Shown here: positions 19,000 to 29,994 of the stretch, piece after piece
How the letters are laid out: each line of letters begins with the position of its first letter
Numbering within the stretch: position 1 is the first letter of the stretch
Source of the DNA: an uncultured delta proteobacterium
GTDB taxonomy: Bacteria > Desulfobacterota > Desulfobacteria > Desulfobacterales > Desulfosalsimonadaceae
Assembly: GCA_963826785.1 (NCBI GenBank)
Contig: CAWGYD010000003.1
Span: forward strand, 224,001 to 288,000
Direction of reading: 5' to 3'
Length of the DNA: 64,000 nt
Notes under the pieces: generated by a model
Databases searched by the model: none
Seen by the model: only the letters and a program-made list of their open reading frames with translations
What the model was told of the DNA's origin: nothing
Position numbers and translations under genes: made by a program

Positions 19000-21294
19000 A
19001 TGAAAGATGCCATCGATTTTTCCGCCCAGATCGCACAGGAGCAGCAGATCCAGTCCCGGCAGGTTGCCGCAGTGGCCGCCCTGATCGATGAAGGGGCCAC
19101 CATCCCCTTCATCGCACGCTACCGCAAGGAGGCCACGGGCAGCCTGGACGAAGTGGTGGTCACCGCCATCCGGGACCGGCTGGCTCAGCTGGCCGAACTG
19201 GCCGCCCGCAAGGAAGCGGTTTTAAATTCTCTGGAGAAAAACGGGCACCTCACCGATGAATTAAAAGACAAGGTGCTTTCGGCACAAACCCTGGCCGCGG
19301 TGGAGGATATCTACCTCCCTTACAAGCCCAAGCGCCGGACCCGGGCCGTCATCGCCCGGGAAAAAGGTCTGGAGCCGCTGGCGTTGGCAATTTTTAAACA
19401 ATCCGGCATCCATCCGGAAACCGCAGCCGCCGCATTTGTCGATCCCGAAAAGGGTGTGGAAACGGCAGAAGATGCCCTGTCCGGCGCAAGAGACATTATC
19501 GCGGAAATGGTCAATGAAGACGAGACAGCCCGGGCGGCCCTGCGGCACCTGTTTCTCTTTCGGGCGAAAGCCGTCAGCCGGGTGGCCAGGGACATGGAGG
19601 AAAAAGGGGCCAAATACCGGGATTACTTCGATTGGAGCGAACCGATTTCAACGATCCCCTCCCATCGTCTCCTGGCCATGCGCCGGGGCGAGGCCGAGGG
19701 GTTTCTCTATTTCAGCATTCTGCCGGAGGAGGCGGAAGCCATCGATATCCTGGAGAAATTATTTGTAAAAACAGGCGCCGATGATGGAATACAGGTGGCA
19801 CAGGCAGTCAGGGATGCGTACAAAAGGCTGCTGTCCACCTCCATGGAAACCGAAGCCCGGATGCAGTCCAAACAGAAGGCCGACCTGGAGGCCATCGCCG
19901 TTTTCGCCCAAAACCTGCGCCAGCTCCTGCTCGCCCCGCCTTTGGGGCCCAGGCGGGTGATGGGGATCGATCCGGGTTTCCGGACCGGGTGCAAGCTGGT
20001 GTGCCTGGACCGGCAGGGAAAACTCCTGCACCATGACACCGTCTTTCCCCACATGTCTGAAAGCCGGACGGCCGCAGAAGCCGGCAAGGTCAAAAAACTC
20101 TGCGAACAGTTTGCCATAGAGGCCATTGCGGTGGGAAACGGCACCGCCGGCCGGGAGACCGAAGCCTTTGTCCGGGCCATTCCCCTTTCCCCGCCCCTTC
20201 CGGTGATCATGGTCAATGAAAGCGGTGCCTCCATTTACAGCGCCTCCGAGGCGGCCCGGGAGGAGTTTCCGGACCTTGATCTCACCGTGCGGGGCGCCGT
20301 GTCCATCGGCCGCCGGCTCATGGATCCTTTAGCCGAACTGGTCAAAATCGATCCCAAATCCATCGGGGTGGGCCAGTACCAGCACGACGTGGACCAGCGG
20401 GCGTTAAAGCAGGCTTTAGATGACGTGGTCACCAGCTGCGTCAATGCCGTCGGCGTCGACCTGAACCGCGCCAGCGCCCAGCTGCTGACCTATGTTTCAG
20501 GATTGAACAGCACCATTGCCAGAAACATCGTGGCCCATCGGGAGGCAGGCGGCCCCTTTGGCTCACGGACGGAGCTGAAAAAAGTCTCCCGCCTGGGTCC
20601 CAAAGCCTTTGAGCAGTGCGCCGGGTTTTTAAAGATTTCCGGAGGGAAAAACCCGCTGGATGCCAGCGCCGTGCACCCGGAAAGCTATCATATCGTCGAT
20701 GAGATGGCCAAAGACCTGGGTGCGGATGTGGCGGACCTGATGAGAAATTCAGCACTTCGGGACAAGATCGACATGAACGCCTATGTCACGGACACGGTGG
20801 GTCTTCCCACCCTGAAGGATATCATGGCCGAACTGGCCAAGCCGGGACGGGATCCGAGGGAACCCTTCGAGATCTTTTCCTTTGCCGAGGGGATTGAAAA
20901 AATGGAGGACCTGGTCCCGGGGATGAAGCTGCCCGGCATCGTGACCAACATCACGGCATTCGGCGCCTTCGTGGATATCGGCGTGCACCAGGACGGCCTG
21001 GTCCACATCAGCCAGATGGCAGACCGGTATATCAAGAACCCCGCCGATGTGGTCAAGGTCCAACAGAAGGTAATGGTCACCGTTTTGGAGGTGGACCTTC
21101 CCCGGAAACGGATTTCGCTTTCCATGAAAGCCGACGCCGCCGCATCTGCATCAGGGGCAGCCGGAGAAAAAGAAAAAAGAGCCCCGGCGCCTAAAGCAGC
21201 GGGCGCATCGGCCCCAAAAAAGCAGAAGGCGGGCAAAGACAGCAAACCGCAGGGCGCGCTGGCCGAAGCCCTGCGAAAGAGCGGGATCGAGTAA
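19000..21294 (+). CDS. tex: Tex-family RNA-binding transcription accessory protein
   Basis: TIPFIARYRKE, GIDPGFRTGCK, IGVGQYQHD and a C-terminal S1 domain. Confidence 0.96.
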   Translation: MKDAIDFSAQIAQEQQIQSRQVAAVAALIDEGATIPFIARYRKEATGSLDEVVVTAIRDRLAQLAELAARKEAVLNSLEKNGHLTDELKDKVLSAQTLAAVEDIYLPYKPKRRTRAVIAREKGLEPLALAIFKQSGIHPETAAAAFVDPEKGVETAEDALSGARDIIAEMVNEDETARAALRHLFLFRAKAVSRVARDMEEKGAKYRDYFDWSEPISTIPSHRLLAMRRGEAEGFLYFSILPEEAEAIDILEKLFVKTGADDGIQVAQAVRDAYKRLLSTSMETEARMQSKQKADLEAIAVFAQNLRQLLLAPPLGPRRVMGIDPGFRTGCKLVCLDRQGKLLHHDTVFPHMSESRTAAEAGKVKKLCEQFAIEAIAVGNGTAGRETEAFVRAIPLSPPLPVIMVNESGASIYSASEAAREEFPDLDLTVRGAVSIGRRLMDPLAELVKIDPKSIGVGQYQHDVDQRALKQALDDVVTSCVNAVGVDLNRASAQLLTYVSGLNSTIARNIVAHREAGGPFGSRTELKKVSRLGPKAFEQCAGFLKISGGKNPLDASAVHPESYHIVDEMAKDLGADVADLMRNSALRDKIDMNAYVTDTVGLPTLKDIMAELAKPGRDPREPFEIFSFAEGIEKMEDLVPGMKLPGIVTNITAFGAFVDIGVHQDGLVHISQMADRYIKNPADVVKVQQKVMVTVLEVDLPRKRISLSMKADAAASASGAAGEKEKRAPAPKAAGASAPKKQKAGKDSKPQGALAEALRKSGIE

Positions 21295-21385
21295 ACTTAT
21301 TTTCCGGCAGCCATGGAACAGGTCAAAGGATGCGTTTGTCCCGGATATCCGGCCAGTCGGATTGGCTGGCGGCTTTTGAGCATCA

Positions 21386-22282
21386 TCAAAACCCCTTATC
21401 CTTTAAACCGCTCACGATATCCACATAAAAATCCGGTGCGTTAAAGCCCGGCGTCACACCGAACAGATGCCCGATGACGGCCAGGTGATCGCAGCCGGGG
21501 CTCCACCATGTTCCGGCTTCAGCGCCCTGAAACTCCCCCCACTTGGCGCTTTCCACACTCACGAGGCCGTCATTTTCGCCTTCCTGCGGCAACAGGAGCA
21601 GCCATGTGGGTTCGAGCACTTTGTTGGGACACGCATATCGCACTTTGGCCGCCCAGCTCTGGTAATAAATATCCGGCATGTCGGGCGTGCCGGGATTAAA
21701 CACATCCCGCATGTAGCCCCGGGTCACGTCATAGGCGTTTGCAAGGCTGTCCGGGTCGGTGTCGCCGAAAAAACAGGCAAATATGAAATTCAGCTTTTCC
21801 GAGACGGACTGCTGGATCGAAGAAGGTGTTTTTGAAACCAGGAGATCGGCAAGTGCCATCCCTTTATGCGGCCCGGCGATGCTGGTATAGCTTTGAACAA
21901 AGGGGGAAAGCCCCAGGTTGGTGATGGCATACCGCGTGTATAATGCGCCGTGGGAATGCCCGATAATGTTAAATTTGGATGCACCGGAAACGGCCTTGAT
22001 TTCCAGAAACCTGGCCTTAAACGCAACGGCCTTGTCGATGGTGCCATCCATTCCGTTGACTGTGGGGACATAAACTTCCGCACCGTTTTTTTCGAGCGCT
22101 TCCGGAATTCCCCACCAGTAGTCGACAAGCCCCAAAATTTTCTCCGCCCCGCCCGTGCCATGCGCAAGGATTATCGGATATTTCGTATCGCAGCTGCATG
22201 TCATCCCGGCAGCAAATGCCGCAGCACCGGTAAACATGAGAAAAAGAACCAAAATGGCCATAACGATTCTGAGACACTTCAT
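21386..22282 (-). CDS. Secreted triacylglycerol lipase (alpha/beta hydrolase)
   Basis: Signal peptide, TKYPIILAHG, nucleophile GHSHG, NDGLV and DH. Confidence 0.9.
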   Translation of the reverse strand: MKCLRIVMAILVLFLMFTGAAAFAAGMTCSCDTKYPIILAHGTGGAEKILGLVDYWWGIPEALEKNGAEVYVPTVNGMDGTIDKAVAFKARFLEIKAVSGASKFNIIGHSHGALYTRYAITNLGLSPFVQSYTSIAGPHKGMALADLLVSKTPSSIQQSVSEKLNFIFACFFGDTDPDSLANAYDVTRGYMRDVFNPGTPDMPDIYYQSWAAKVRYACPNKVLEPTWLLLLPQEGENDGLVSVESAKWGEFQGAEAGTWWSPGCDHLAVIGHLFGVTPGFNAPDFYVDIVSGLKDKGF

Positions 22283-22633
22283 GGTTTGACTCCGGTTGAC
22301 ACTGTTTGTATTTCAGGGGCGGTTTTAAGGGCGATACGACCGCCACCGCCTTTTGCACGGGACAGACTCATATGATGAGAAAACAAATCTTGCTTTCAAG
22401 CCAAAAAGTATGACAACAATCCACTGAATGTCAAACAATAAAAAGGACTTCTCTTTTGGGTCACTGGAGGCGGCACGGCAATGCGAAAATTTGAAAGACA
22501 ACCCCGTTGACCTGATTCCGCAATCTCCATCTTTTCGATTCCAAACGCCGCACGTCCATTTTGTGAATCTTTGCAAAGCCGCGTCATATCCGATTTCATC
22601 TTGATTCCGCCGCCCTTCTCCCCCAATTTTTCC

Positions 22634-22692
22634 TTGACATTATTTTCATGCCCCCTATACTTTTCAATCAACTTATCAAGATATACTGATGA
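22634..22692 (+). promoter_or_regulatory. Sigma70 promoter plus candidate SahR operator
   Basis: TTGACA-N16-TATACT at 22634-22661, then the imperfect palindrome TTATCAAGATATACTGATGA at 22673-22692 just before the ATG. Confidence 0.6.
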
Positions 22693-22698
22693 ATACAT

Positions 22699-23625
22699 AT
22701 GGAACATTTGATCTATTTCAAAGCACTGGCGGATGAAACCCGGCTGCGGCTGATGAACATCCTGCTGCATCATGAACTGAAAGTGGGCGAACTGGTGTCG
22801 GTCATGTCAATGGGCCAGTCCCGGATCTCCCGGCACTTGAAGATCCTGTCCGACGCGGGACTGGTGAAAAGCCTCAAGACCGGCGTGTGGGGGCTCTATT
22901 TCGTGGCGGACGACGGTCCCGCCCGGAAGTTCATGGATGCGGTGTCCTACCTGTTTGAAACCGATCCCGTATTTAAAAAGGATCTTCAACGGACGGCGGC
23001 GGCAATCGAAGAACGCCGGTCCCAGACGCTTAATTTCTTCAATGATGTCGCCTCCCGCTGGGACCTGCTGAAGCGTGAAATCATCGGCGGGTTTGACTTG
23101 AACCGGGCCATTTTCAAGAATGCCGGCGCCTGCGAAGTGGGGGTGGATCTGGGGTGCGGCACCGGGGACCTGCTGCCCGGCCTGAAACAGCACGCGGCCA
23201 AGGTCATCGGCGTGGACAGTTCCCCCCGCATGCTGGAAGAGGCCCGGAAACGGTTTTCCAGCGGCGAGAACATCGAAATCCGCCTGGGAGAAATCGAGCA
23301 CCTTCCCCTTCGGGATGCGGAAGCCGATTTCGCGGTGATCTCCCTGGTGCTCCAGTACCTTTCACGCCCGGAGAACGCCTTTACCGAAATCAGCCGGGTC
23401 CTGCGGCCGGGGGGCCGGTTCATCGTTGTCGATTTTGAATCCCACCAGGACCGGACCCTCAAGGACAAATACGGCGCCCGGCGGCTCGGGTTTGACCGTG
23501 TGGAAATCGAAAAATGGCTTTCCCAGAACGACTTTGCCGTAGACAGCGTCGAAGCCCACAAACTGGACAAGGGTTTGACTTTAAATATTTTTCAATCAAC
23601 CAAAACACCATCATCCCCATCATAG
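22699..23625 (+). CDS. sahR: ArsR-HTH + methyltransferase-fold regulator (SahR-type)
   Basis: ArsR domain ([19 protein letters not shown]) fused to a DLGCGTG SAM-binding domain, directly upstream of ahcY. Confidence 0.8.
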   Translation: MEHLIYFKALADETRLRLMNILLHHELKVGELVSVMSMGQSRISRHLKILSDAGLVKSLKTGVWGLYFVADDGPARKFMDAVSYLFETDPVFKKDLQRTAAAIEERRSQTLNFFNDVASRWDLLKREIIGGFDLNRAIFKNAGACEVGVDLGCGTGDLLPGLKQHAAKVIGVDSSPRMLEEARKRFSSGENIEIRLGEIEHLPLRDAEADFAVISLVLQYLSRPENAFTEISRVLRPGGRFIVVDFESHQDRTLKDKYGARRLGFDRVEIEKWLSQNDFAVDSVEAHKLDKGLTLNIFQSTKTPSSPS

Positions 23626-23644
23626 ACGAAAGGAAGTATTTGTT

Positions 23645-25090
23645 ATGCTGAATGGAAACGAAAAAAACAACGCCATTGTTCCGGAACTTGACCTCACCCT
23701 TCCCCACAAGGTCGCGGATATGTCCCAGGCCGCATTCGGATTCAAGGAAATGGAACTGTCTGAAAACGAAATGCCGGGACTGATGGCCATGCGCGAAAAA
23801 TACGGCCCGGACAAGCCCCTCAAAGGATTCAAGGTCACCGGCAGCCTGCACATGACCATCCAGACCGCCATGCTGATCGAGACCTTGAAGCAGCTGGGGG
23901 CAGACATCCGCTGGGCCTCATGCAACATCTTCTCCACCCAGGACCATGCGGCCGCGGCCATTGCCAAGTCGGGGTCTGCCGCGGTGTTTGCCTGGAAGGG
24001 CGAATCCCTGGAAGATTACTGGTGGTGTACGGAAATGGCCCTGACCTGGCCGGACGGCAGCGGGCCGGACCTGATCGTGGACGACGGCGGGGATGCCACC
24101 CTGTTCATCCATGAAGGGGTGAAGATCGAGGACAACCCCTCCCTGCTGGACAAGGAATATGAAATTCACGAGTACCAGTGCATCATCAACCGCCTCAAGG
24201 CGGCCTACGAGCGGGACCCGCAGCACTGGCACAAGGTGGCCGCAAAAATCCGGGGCGTTTCCGAGGAGACCACCACCGGCGTCAGCCGCCTGTATCAACT
24301 GGCCAAGAAAGGGGAGCTGTTGTTTCCGGCCATCAACGTCAACGATACCGTGACCAAGTCCAAGTTCGACAACATCTACGGCTGCCGGGAATCTCTGGCC
24401 GACGGGATCAAGCGGGCCACCGACACCATGATCGCGGGAAAAATCGTGGTGGTGTGCGGCTACGGTGATGTGGGCAAGGGATGCGCCCAGTCCATGCGGG
24501 GTTTCGGCGCCCGGGTCGTGGTCACCGAGATCGACCCCATCATCGCGCTCCAGGCGGCCATGGAAGGATACCAGGTCTCCACCATGGAGGACATGGCCCC
24601 CATGGGGGATGTATTCGTCACCGCCACCGGCTGCTGCGACGTGATCACCGGCGCGCACATGGAGCAGATGAAAAATGAGGCCATTATCTGCAACATCGGC
24701 CATTTCGACCACGAGATCCAGATGGAATACCTGGAAAAGAACTGTGAAAAGACGCGCATCAAACCCCAGACGGATCAGTGGCACCTCAAGTCCGGCCGGT
24801 CCATCATCGTGCTGGCCGAGGGCCGGCTGGTCAACCTGGGCTGCGCCACCGGCCATCCCAGCTTCGTGATGAGCAACTCCTTCACCAACCAGAGCCTGGC
24901 ACAGCTCAAACTGGCCGCCGAGGACCTGGAAAATAAAGTCTACACCCTGCCCAAGGAACTCGACGAGGAAGTGGCCCGGCTGCACCTGCCCAAGCTGGGG
25001 GTCAAGCTCACCACGCTGACGCCAAAACAGTCCGAATATATCGGCGTCCCGGTGGAGGGGCCGTTCAAGCCGGATCATTACCGATATTAA
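23645..25090 (+). CDS. ahcY: Adenosylhomocysteinase
   Basis: Motifs [21 protein letters not shown] and [10 protein letters not shown]. Confidence 0.98.
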   Translation: MLNGNEKNNAIVPELDLTLPHKVADMSQAAFGFKEMELSENEMPGLMAMREKYGPDKPLKGFKVTGSLHMTIQTAMLIETLKQLGADIRWASCNIFSTQDHAAAAIAKSGSAAVFAWKGESLEDYWWCTEMALTWPDGSGPDLIVDDGGDATLFIHEGVKIEDNPSLLDKEYEIHEYQCIINRLKAAYERDPQHWHKVAAKIRGVSEETTTGVSRLYQLAKKGELLFPAINVNDTVTKSKFDNIYGCRESLADGIKRATDTMIAGKIVVVCGYGDVGKGCAQSMRGFGARVVVTEIDPIIALQAAMEGYQVSTMEDMAPMGDVFVTATGCCDVITGAHMEQMKNEAIICNIGHFDHEIQMEYLEKNCEKTRIKPQTDQWHLKSGRSIIVLAEGRLVNLGCATGHPSFVMSNSFTNQSLAQLKLAAEDLENKVYTLPKELDEEVARLHLPKLGVKLTTLTPKQSEYIGVPVEGPFKPDHYRY

Positions 25091-25144
25091 AATGTCCACC
25101 ATAAATGGCTAATTTGGACGGACATCCGGACTGCTTCACAAAGA

Positions 25145-25168
25145 AAAGCCCCTTAGCAGGGGCTTTTC
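25145..25168 (+). terminator. Intrinsic terminator after ahcY
   Basis: AAAAGCCCC-TTAGCA-GGGGCTTTT. Confidence 0.8.
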
Positions 25169-25384
25169 CATTACGCCTGGGAAGTGATGGGCGGCACAAT
25201 CCGGACCCTGAATTTTACAGAATTCGGTGGCTTTGAAATCGAAATCCGGGAAAAAAGCCGAATGGCCAAAAACTCCACAATGGCTATATTTTAACGAATC
25301 TGGTAAGCATAATGTTTGGAACTGGGACTGATCATTCGGAGAATAGCGATTAGACTAATCTCAAAATCACAAAGGATGAATGCA

Positions 25385-25698
25385 ATGGATCCAAACAACA
25401 TAAACATTGCCAGGGAGCTGCGATCGAACATATCCCGAAAGTATGTGATCCGCGATTTTAAGTTGTTCGGCTCGTCCGCGCGGGGGGATCAGCGGGGGGA
25501 TTCAGATATCGATATCCTCATCCAATTGCCGGAAGTCAATGCCGCCATTGAGCAGGATTTGTTCGACATGGCCTATGACATGGAGCTTGCCCATGACTGC
25601 CTGATCGACTTGATTGCGGTGAGCGATGACGACATGAAAAACCATGAGAAAAAATTCCGGTTTTCTTGAATATTATTTCGGAAGGCATCCCCATATGA
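25385..25698 (+). CDS. Minimal nucleotidyltransferase (MNT antitoxin), apparent 1-nt frameshift in the A6 run near 25650
   Basis: FGSSARG..DSDIDI motif. Adding one A restores the typical tail KIPVFLNIISEGIPI*, whose TGA overlaps the HEPN ATG. Confidence 0.8.
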
Positions 25699-26087
25699 AT
25701 CCGGATGAAATCAAGGCCGTGGTTGATTACCGCCTTCAACGGGCGGCGGAATCTCTTGATGCCGCAATAATAATGCGTGAAAACCGGATGTTTATATTTG
25801 CAATGAACCGGATTTATTATGCGATGTTCTATGCCGTCCAAGCGCTTCTCATGTCTGAGGGGGTTGTTTTTTCTAAGCATGGGCAGGTAAAGGGGTATTT
25901 TAACCGCGCATTTATCAAAACGCGCATTTTCCCATTGGAATTGGGAAGAATCTATAACCGTGCCTTCGAATATCGACAGAAGTTTGATTACATGGATTTT
26001 GCGCAGCCGGAGGAAGAAACGGTTTCACAATTTATCGGATACGCAAAAGAATTTTTATCGAAACTTTCCGATTATCTTGAAAGATAA
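25695..26087 (+). CDS. HEPN domain protein (UPF0332-like)
   Basis: Motifs NRIYYAMF, SKHGQV and RQKFDY; ATGA-coupled to the MNT gene. Confidence 0.85.
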   Translation: MNPDEIKAVVDYRLQRAAESLDAAIIMRENRMFIFAMNRIYYAMFYAVQALLMSEGVVFSKHGQVKGYFNRAFIKTRIFPLELGRIYNRAFEYRQKFDYMDFAQPEEETVSQFIGYAKEFLSKLSDYLER

Positions 26088-27125
26088 TGTCCGAAACTGC
26101 CTCACCTTCGGGTCGATGACTTTTTTCCACAGGGGCGGTACCAGCGCCAGCAGAATCATGCCCGCGTAGCCGGTGGGGAGCTGCGGGCTTTCGTCATGGT
26201 GCCGCAGCAGCTGGTATCGGCGGCCGGGCTGAAAATGATGGTCCGAATGCCGCTGGAGATTGAACAAAAACCGGTTGGTCAGCCAGTTGCTGGAATTCCA
26301 GGAATGCACCGGCCTGACCGGCCCATAGGTGCCGTTTGGCCTCAGTTCCCGCAGCAGGCCGTAATGTTCGATGTAATTGACCGCTTCCAGCAGGGTAAAT
26401 GCGACCACCCCCTGGGCGATGATAAACGCCACCGCCCCTGCGCCGAATACCAGCGCAGCGCCCAGCAGCAGGGCCACTTCTGCCGCCAGGGAAACGGCCA
26501 TACGGTTATAACGGCTCCACACCGGCCTGCCTTTCTTCCGGACCCGCCCGGTTTCAAAATCCCAGGCGCTGTTGAATCCCTCAAAGACGGTCCGGGGCCA
26601 GAACCGGTAAAAGGATTCCCCCAGCCGGGCCGTGGCCGGATCTTCCGGGGTGGCCACGTTCCGGTGATGCCCCACCACGTGCTCCAGACCCCAGTGGGTG
26701 TAAAAAACCGTCCAGAGCATGATCTTCGACAATGCCGGCTCAAACCGGCCGTTCACCCGGTGGGTGAGTTCATGGGCCACGTTGATGCCCATCACCCCGG
26801 ACGAAATCCCCATGGAAAGGGTAAACCCGCCCAGTTCCAGCAGGGAGAGTCCGCCGCGGCTCACCACCCAGGCGCCCCAGAAAACCACCAGCACCTGCAG
26901 CGGCGCGCACACCCAGGTCAGCACCCGGTATCGCAGGTCTTTTTCCAGCACCGGTTCTTCATCCGGGGAAGGATTTCGCACATCTGCTCCGATGATCGCA
27001 TCGAGCACCGGTACCACCCCGAAAACGAACAGCGGCGTAATGAAAGTAAAAAAACCACCCATCAGATAACCCGTCACCACACTGACGGGCACGAGATAGA
27101 CCACAGAAAAAGACAGGAAATTCAT
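26055..27125 (-). CDS. alkB: Alkane 1-monooxygenase (membrane diiron)
   Basis: His boxes HELTH, EHVVGHH, NYIEHYG and LQRHSDHH; TPEDPATAR; PQLPTGY. Confidence 0.93.
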   Translation of the reverse strand: MNFLSFSVVYLVPVSVVTGYLMGGFFTFITPLFVFGVVPVLDAIIGADVRNPSPDEEPVLEKDLRYRVLTWVCAPLQVLVVFWGAWVVSRGGLSLLELGGFTLSMGISSGVMGINVAHELTHRVNGRFEPALSKIMLWTVFYTHWGLEHVVGHHRNVATPEDPATARLGESFYRFWPRTVFEGFNSAWDFETGRVRKKGRPVWSRYNRMAVSLAAEVALLLGAALVFGAGAVAFIIAQGVVAFTLLEAVNYIEHYGLLRELRPNGTYGPVRPVHSWNSSNWLTNRFLFNLQRHSDHHFQPGRRYQLLRHHDESPQLPTGYAGMILLALVPPLWKKVIDPKVRQFRTLSFKIIGKFR

Positions 27126-27454
27126 TTCATCTCCTCATACGGCAATCGTGCCGGGAAAATGCATATGCACCTGATTTGAAAAGTAAGATCCGGGGTCTAA
27201 AAAGGCAAGCCGCTTCAGGTCTGCCATCCCCCTGAAACCGCGGGAGCGGACATGCCGGCGCCATTAAATCCGAACCCATGCTCGTTTTCTAACCGATACT
27301 ACTTGATTATTCTTCATTTTTTAAATACATTAATCCTGATTTTTAAATCAAAATGAAAAAATTCATTTAGTTGAAGAAGCGGCAAAAACAGCTTCGGGGT
27401 CTGATTTTAACGCGTGCCCGTTTTCAGTGGGCACAACTGATGAATGGGTAAAAG

Positions 27455-28225
27455 ATGACTGAAAATACGTATCGTATTTTATGTTCCGGCAAAGTGGCCG
27501 CAGGAAAAGATGTCGAAGATGTCAAAAAGAAAATGGCCGCGCTCTTTAAAACCTCCGTAGACAAAATTGACCCGCTGTTTAAAAAGCCGGGGATCATCCT
27601 CAAGCGGGATCTGGATCTTGCGACCGCTAAAAAATACGCCCGGGCCATCGAAGCCACCGGCGCGCTCTGCCGGATCGACCCGCCGGAGCCGGAGATCAAA
27701 AGTTCCCCGACGGAAGTTGTCCGTGTGCCACGGGCAGCGGAAAGCCCTGCGGAACCCCAGGTGGTGGTCATTGCCCTTTCAGCCAAGCCGGACCCCAGGT
27801 TTTCCCCCCAGGTTTGCCAGAAGCTCACCGGTTCGGCAGACCACCTCAATTTCAACGAAATGGATGTTCCCGAAATTGCCATGGATCAACTGGTGGCAAT
27901 GGCGGTGTTTAGTGAAACCGAGAAAAACAAGGATATCACCAAGGTGATGATGTTCACCAAACTGAGCCGGCGGCCTTTCAACTGCGATATCAACAGCATC
28001 GCCTATTCGGATTTTCTCGATCCGGTGGGGGCCAGCACCATGGCTTCATTTCGCGGTTTCCTCTATTTTCTCTGCCGGAAAAACCCATCGGTGATCATCG
28101 AGGAAAGCACCCTTGATTTCCTTTCCGGAAGCACCCCCCAGAAACTGGATCAAAACAAGGTCCAGAAACTGGCCACCGGCATCGGAAACCTGCTCGAGTC
28201 CGGCGATATCGCCGCACAGACCTGA
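27455..28225 (+). CDS. Hypothetical protein
   Basis: 256-aa ORF with host codon usage and a Pro-rich linker; no confident family. Confidence 0.75.
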   Translation: MTENTYRILCSGKVAAGKDVEDVKKKMAALFKTSVDKIDPLFKKPGIILKRDLDLATAKKYARAIEATGALCRIDPPEPEIKSSPTEVVRVPRAAESPAEPQVVVIALSAKPDPRFSPQVCQKLTGSADHLNFNEMDVPEIAMDQLVAMAVFSETEKNKDITKVMMFTKLSRRPFNCDINSIAYSDFLDPVGASTMASFRGFLYFLCRKNPSVIIEESTLDFLSGSTPQKLDQNKVQKLATGIGNLLESGDIAAQT

Positions 28226-28230
28226 AACAA

Positions 28231-28266
28231 AAAGACGGATTTTCCGCATGCGGAAAATCCGTCTTT
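28231..28266. terminator. Perfect 36-bp palindrome, likely bidirectional terminator
   Basis: AAAGACGGATTTTCCGCA|TGCGGAAAATCCGTCTTT between convergent genes. Confidence 0.8.
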
Positions 28267-28326
28267 GATCTTTTTTCGTATCCTTTTTTACTTATCCTTT
28301 CTTTCGGGTCCCTTCTTACGCCCTCC

Positions 28327-29994
28327 TCAGGATTTATAAATATCCTTGTACTGCTCCCGGATGACCTTCTTGTCGAACTTGCCCACGCTGGTCTTGGGGA
28401 TGGCATCCACAAACAGGACCGCTTCGGGAAGCTGCCATTTGGCGAATTTTTTAGCCAGATGGGCGATGATATCGTCCTTGCTGATCCGGCCTTTGGCCTC
28501 TTCCCGTGGGACCACCAGAACCACCGGGCGCTCCTCCCATTTGGGATGGGCCACGCCGGTGACCGTGGCTTCGAGAACATCCGGATGGGCCATGGTTTCA
28601 TTTTCCATGTCCACCGATGAAATCCATTCCCCGCCGCTCTTGATCAGGTCCTTTACCCGGTCGGTGATTTTGATGTACCCTTCCGCGTCCATGGTGCCTG
28701 CATCCCCGCTTCGCCAGTAGCCGTCATCGGTGAACTGGGCTTCAGATCCGGGGGCATTGTAATAGCTGCCGGTGATCCAGGGTCCCCGGATCAGGATCTC
28801 TCCGGGGGTTTTGCCGTCCTGGGGCACCTTTTTATCCTCGTGATCCACGATTTTGACATCCAGGCCCACCACCGCATACCCCTGTTTGCGCTTGAGATCC
28901 CATTTCTCATCCTCGCTCAATTCCTTTTCCAGCCAGGGCTTGAGACGGTTGATGGTCACCAGGGGAGTGGTTTCGGTGGCGCCGTAGGCATGGACGATTT
29001 CCGCGTTGATCAGGTCCTTGTATCCCTTCATCATGGTCAAAGACGGCTCGGACGCGCCGGACAGGAACCGGGCGCCGGTCAGGTCCGGCTTCTTGTCCAG
29101 TTTCCGGATATATTCGAGCATGGGCATGAACAGGGCGGGCGCCCCCGCGCTGACGTTTACCCCTTCGCTCACCAGGGGTTCGGCCAGGCTGCCCAGATCC
29201 GCGATGTTATACATGCCCGGAAGAACGTATTTCGCCCCCACCAGGAAGGTGGCGTGGGGCATACCCCATCCCAGGGCATGAAACATGGGGACCAGCTGAT
29301 AAAAGCAGTCCCGGTTGGAAATTTCGGAATTGGTGCCGATGCACAGGGCATGAAGGTACACATCCCTGTGCGAGTAGTAGACGCCCTTGGGCCGTCCGGT
29401 GGTGCCGGTGGTGTAACAGGCCCCGTAGGCCGATTTTTCATCCAGGACCGGCCAGGTGATTTCCGGGTCGGCTTTTTCGAGCAGTTCTTCATAGCTGTAT
29501 ATGGGGGAAAGGCTGGTCTTGATGTCGGAAAGCTTCTTGTCCGTAAGGATGACGTATCCCTTGACGCTCTTGCACTGCCCGGCCACCGATTCGGCGATGG
29601 GAATCAGGGTCTCATCCACCAGGATGTATTTGGCCTCCGCATGGTTGACCACATAACTCAGATCCGTGGGCGAAAGCCGGATGTTTAGCAGCAGCATCAC
29701 CGCCCCGGTCCCGGGGATGCCGAAATACGCTTCCAGGTGCCGGTGGGTATTCCAGTCGAGCACCCCGATGCGGTCTCCCACCTGGGCGCCCAGCCCGGTC
29801 AGCGCGTTGCCCAGCCGCCGCACCCGCTCATAGATCTGCTGGTAGCTAAAGCGCCGCCGGCTGCCGTCCAGCCGCATGGAAACCACCTCCTGGCGGCCAA
29901 AACTCCTGGCGGCATGGCGGATGATGTTGGTGACATTGAGCTGGTAATCGTCTTGTGACGTGGACGGAAATCCCATGATCGGTTTGGTTTTCAT
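28327..29994 (-). CDS. Medium/long-chain fatty-acid--CoA ligase (AlkK-like)
   Basis: Motifs YTTGTTGRPKG, YGATE, SGD, DRVKDLIKSGGEWISS and PKTSVGK. Confidence 0.93.
   Translation of the reverse strand: MKTKPIMGFPSTSQDDYQLNVTNIIRHAARSFGRQEVVSMRLDGSRRRFSYQQIYERVRRLGNALTGLGAQVGDRIGVLDWNTHRHLEAYFGIPGTGAVMLLLNIRLSPTDLSYVVNHAEAKYILVDETLIPIAESVAGQCKSVKGYVILTDKKLSDIKTSLSPIYSYEELLEKADPEITWPVLDEKSAYGACYTTGTTGRPKGVYYSHRDVYLHALCIGTNSEISNRDCFYQLVPMFHALGWGMPHATFLVGAKYVLPGMYNIADLGSLAEPLVSEGVNVSAGAPALFMPMLEYIRKLDKKPDLTGARFLSGASEPSLTMMKGYKDLINAEIVHAYGATETTPLVTINRLKPWLEKELSEDEKWDLKRKQGYAVVGLDVKIVDHEDKKVPQDGKTPGEILIRGPWITGSYYNAPGSEAQFTDDGYWRSGDAGTMDAEGYIKITDRVKDLIKSGGEWISSVDMENETMAHPDVLEATVTGVAHPKWEERPVVLVVPREEAKGRISKDDIIAHLAKKFAKWQLPEAVLFVDAIPKTSVGKFDKKVIREQYKDIYKS

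Noticed and set aside
22400..22699. SAM/SAH riboswitch upstream of sahR-ahcY
   Set aside because: No consensus was recognised, and the promoter lies only about 40 nt from the ATG.
23918..25102. Long antisense ORF over ahcY (similar cases at 34043-35338, 53313-54626 and 59553-60620)
   Set aside because: These are antisense shadows of well-supported genes, caused by codon bias.
27130..27300. Possible structured leader upstream of alkB
   Set aside because: GC-rich, but I found no recognisable riboswitch consensus or convincing long stem.
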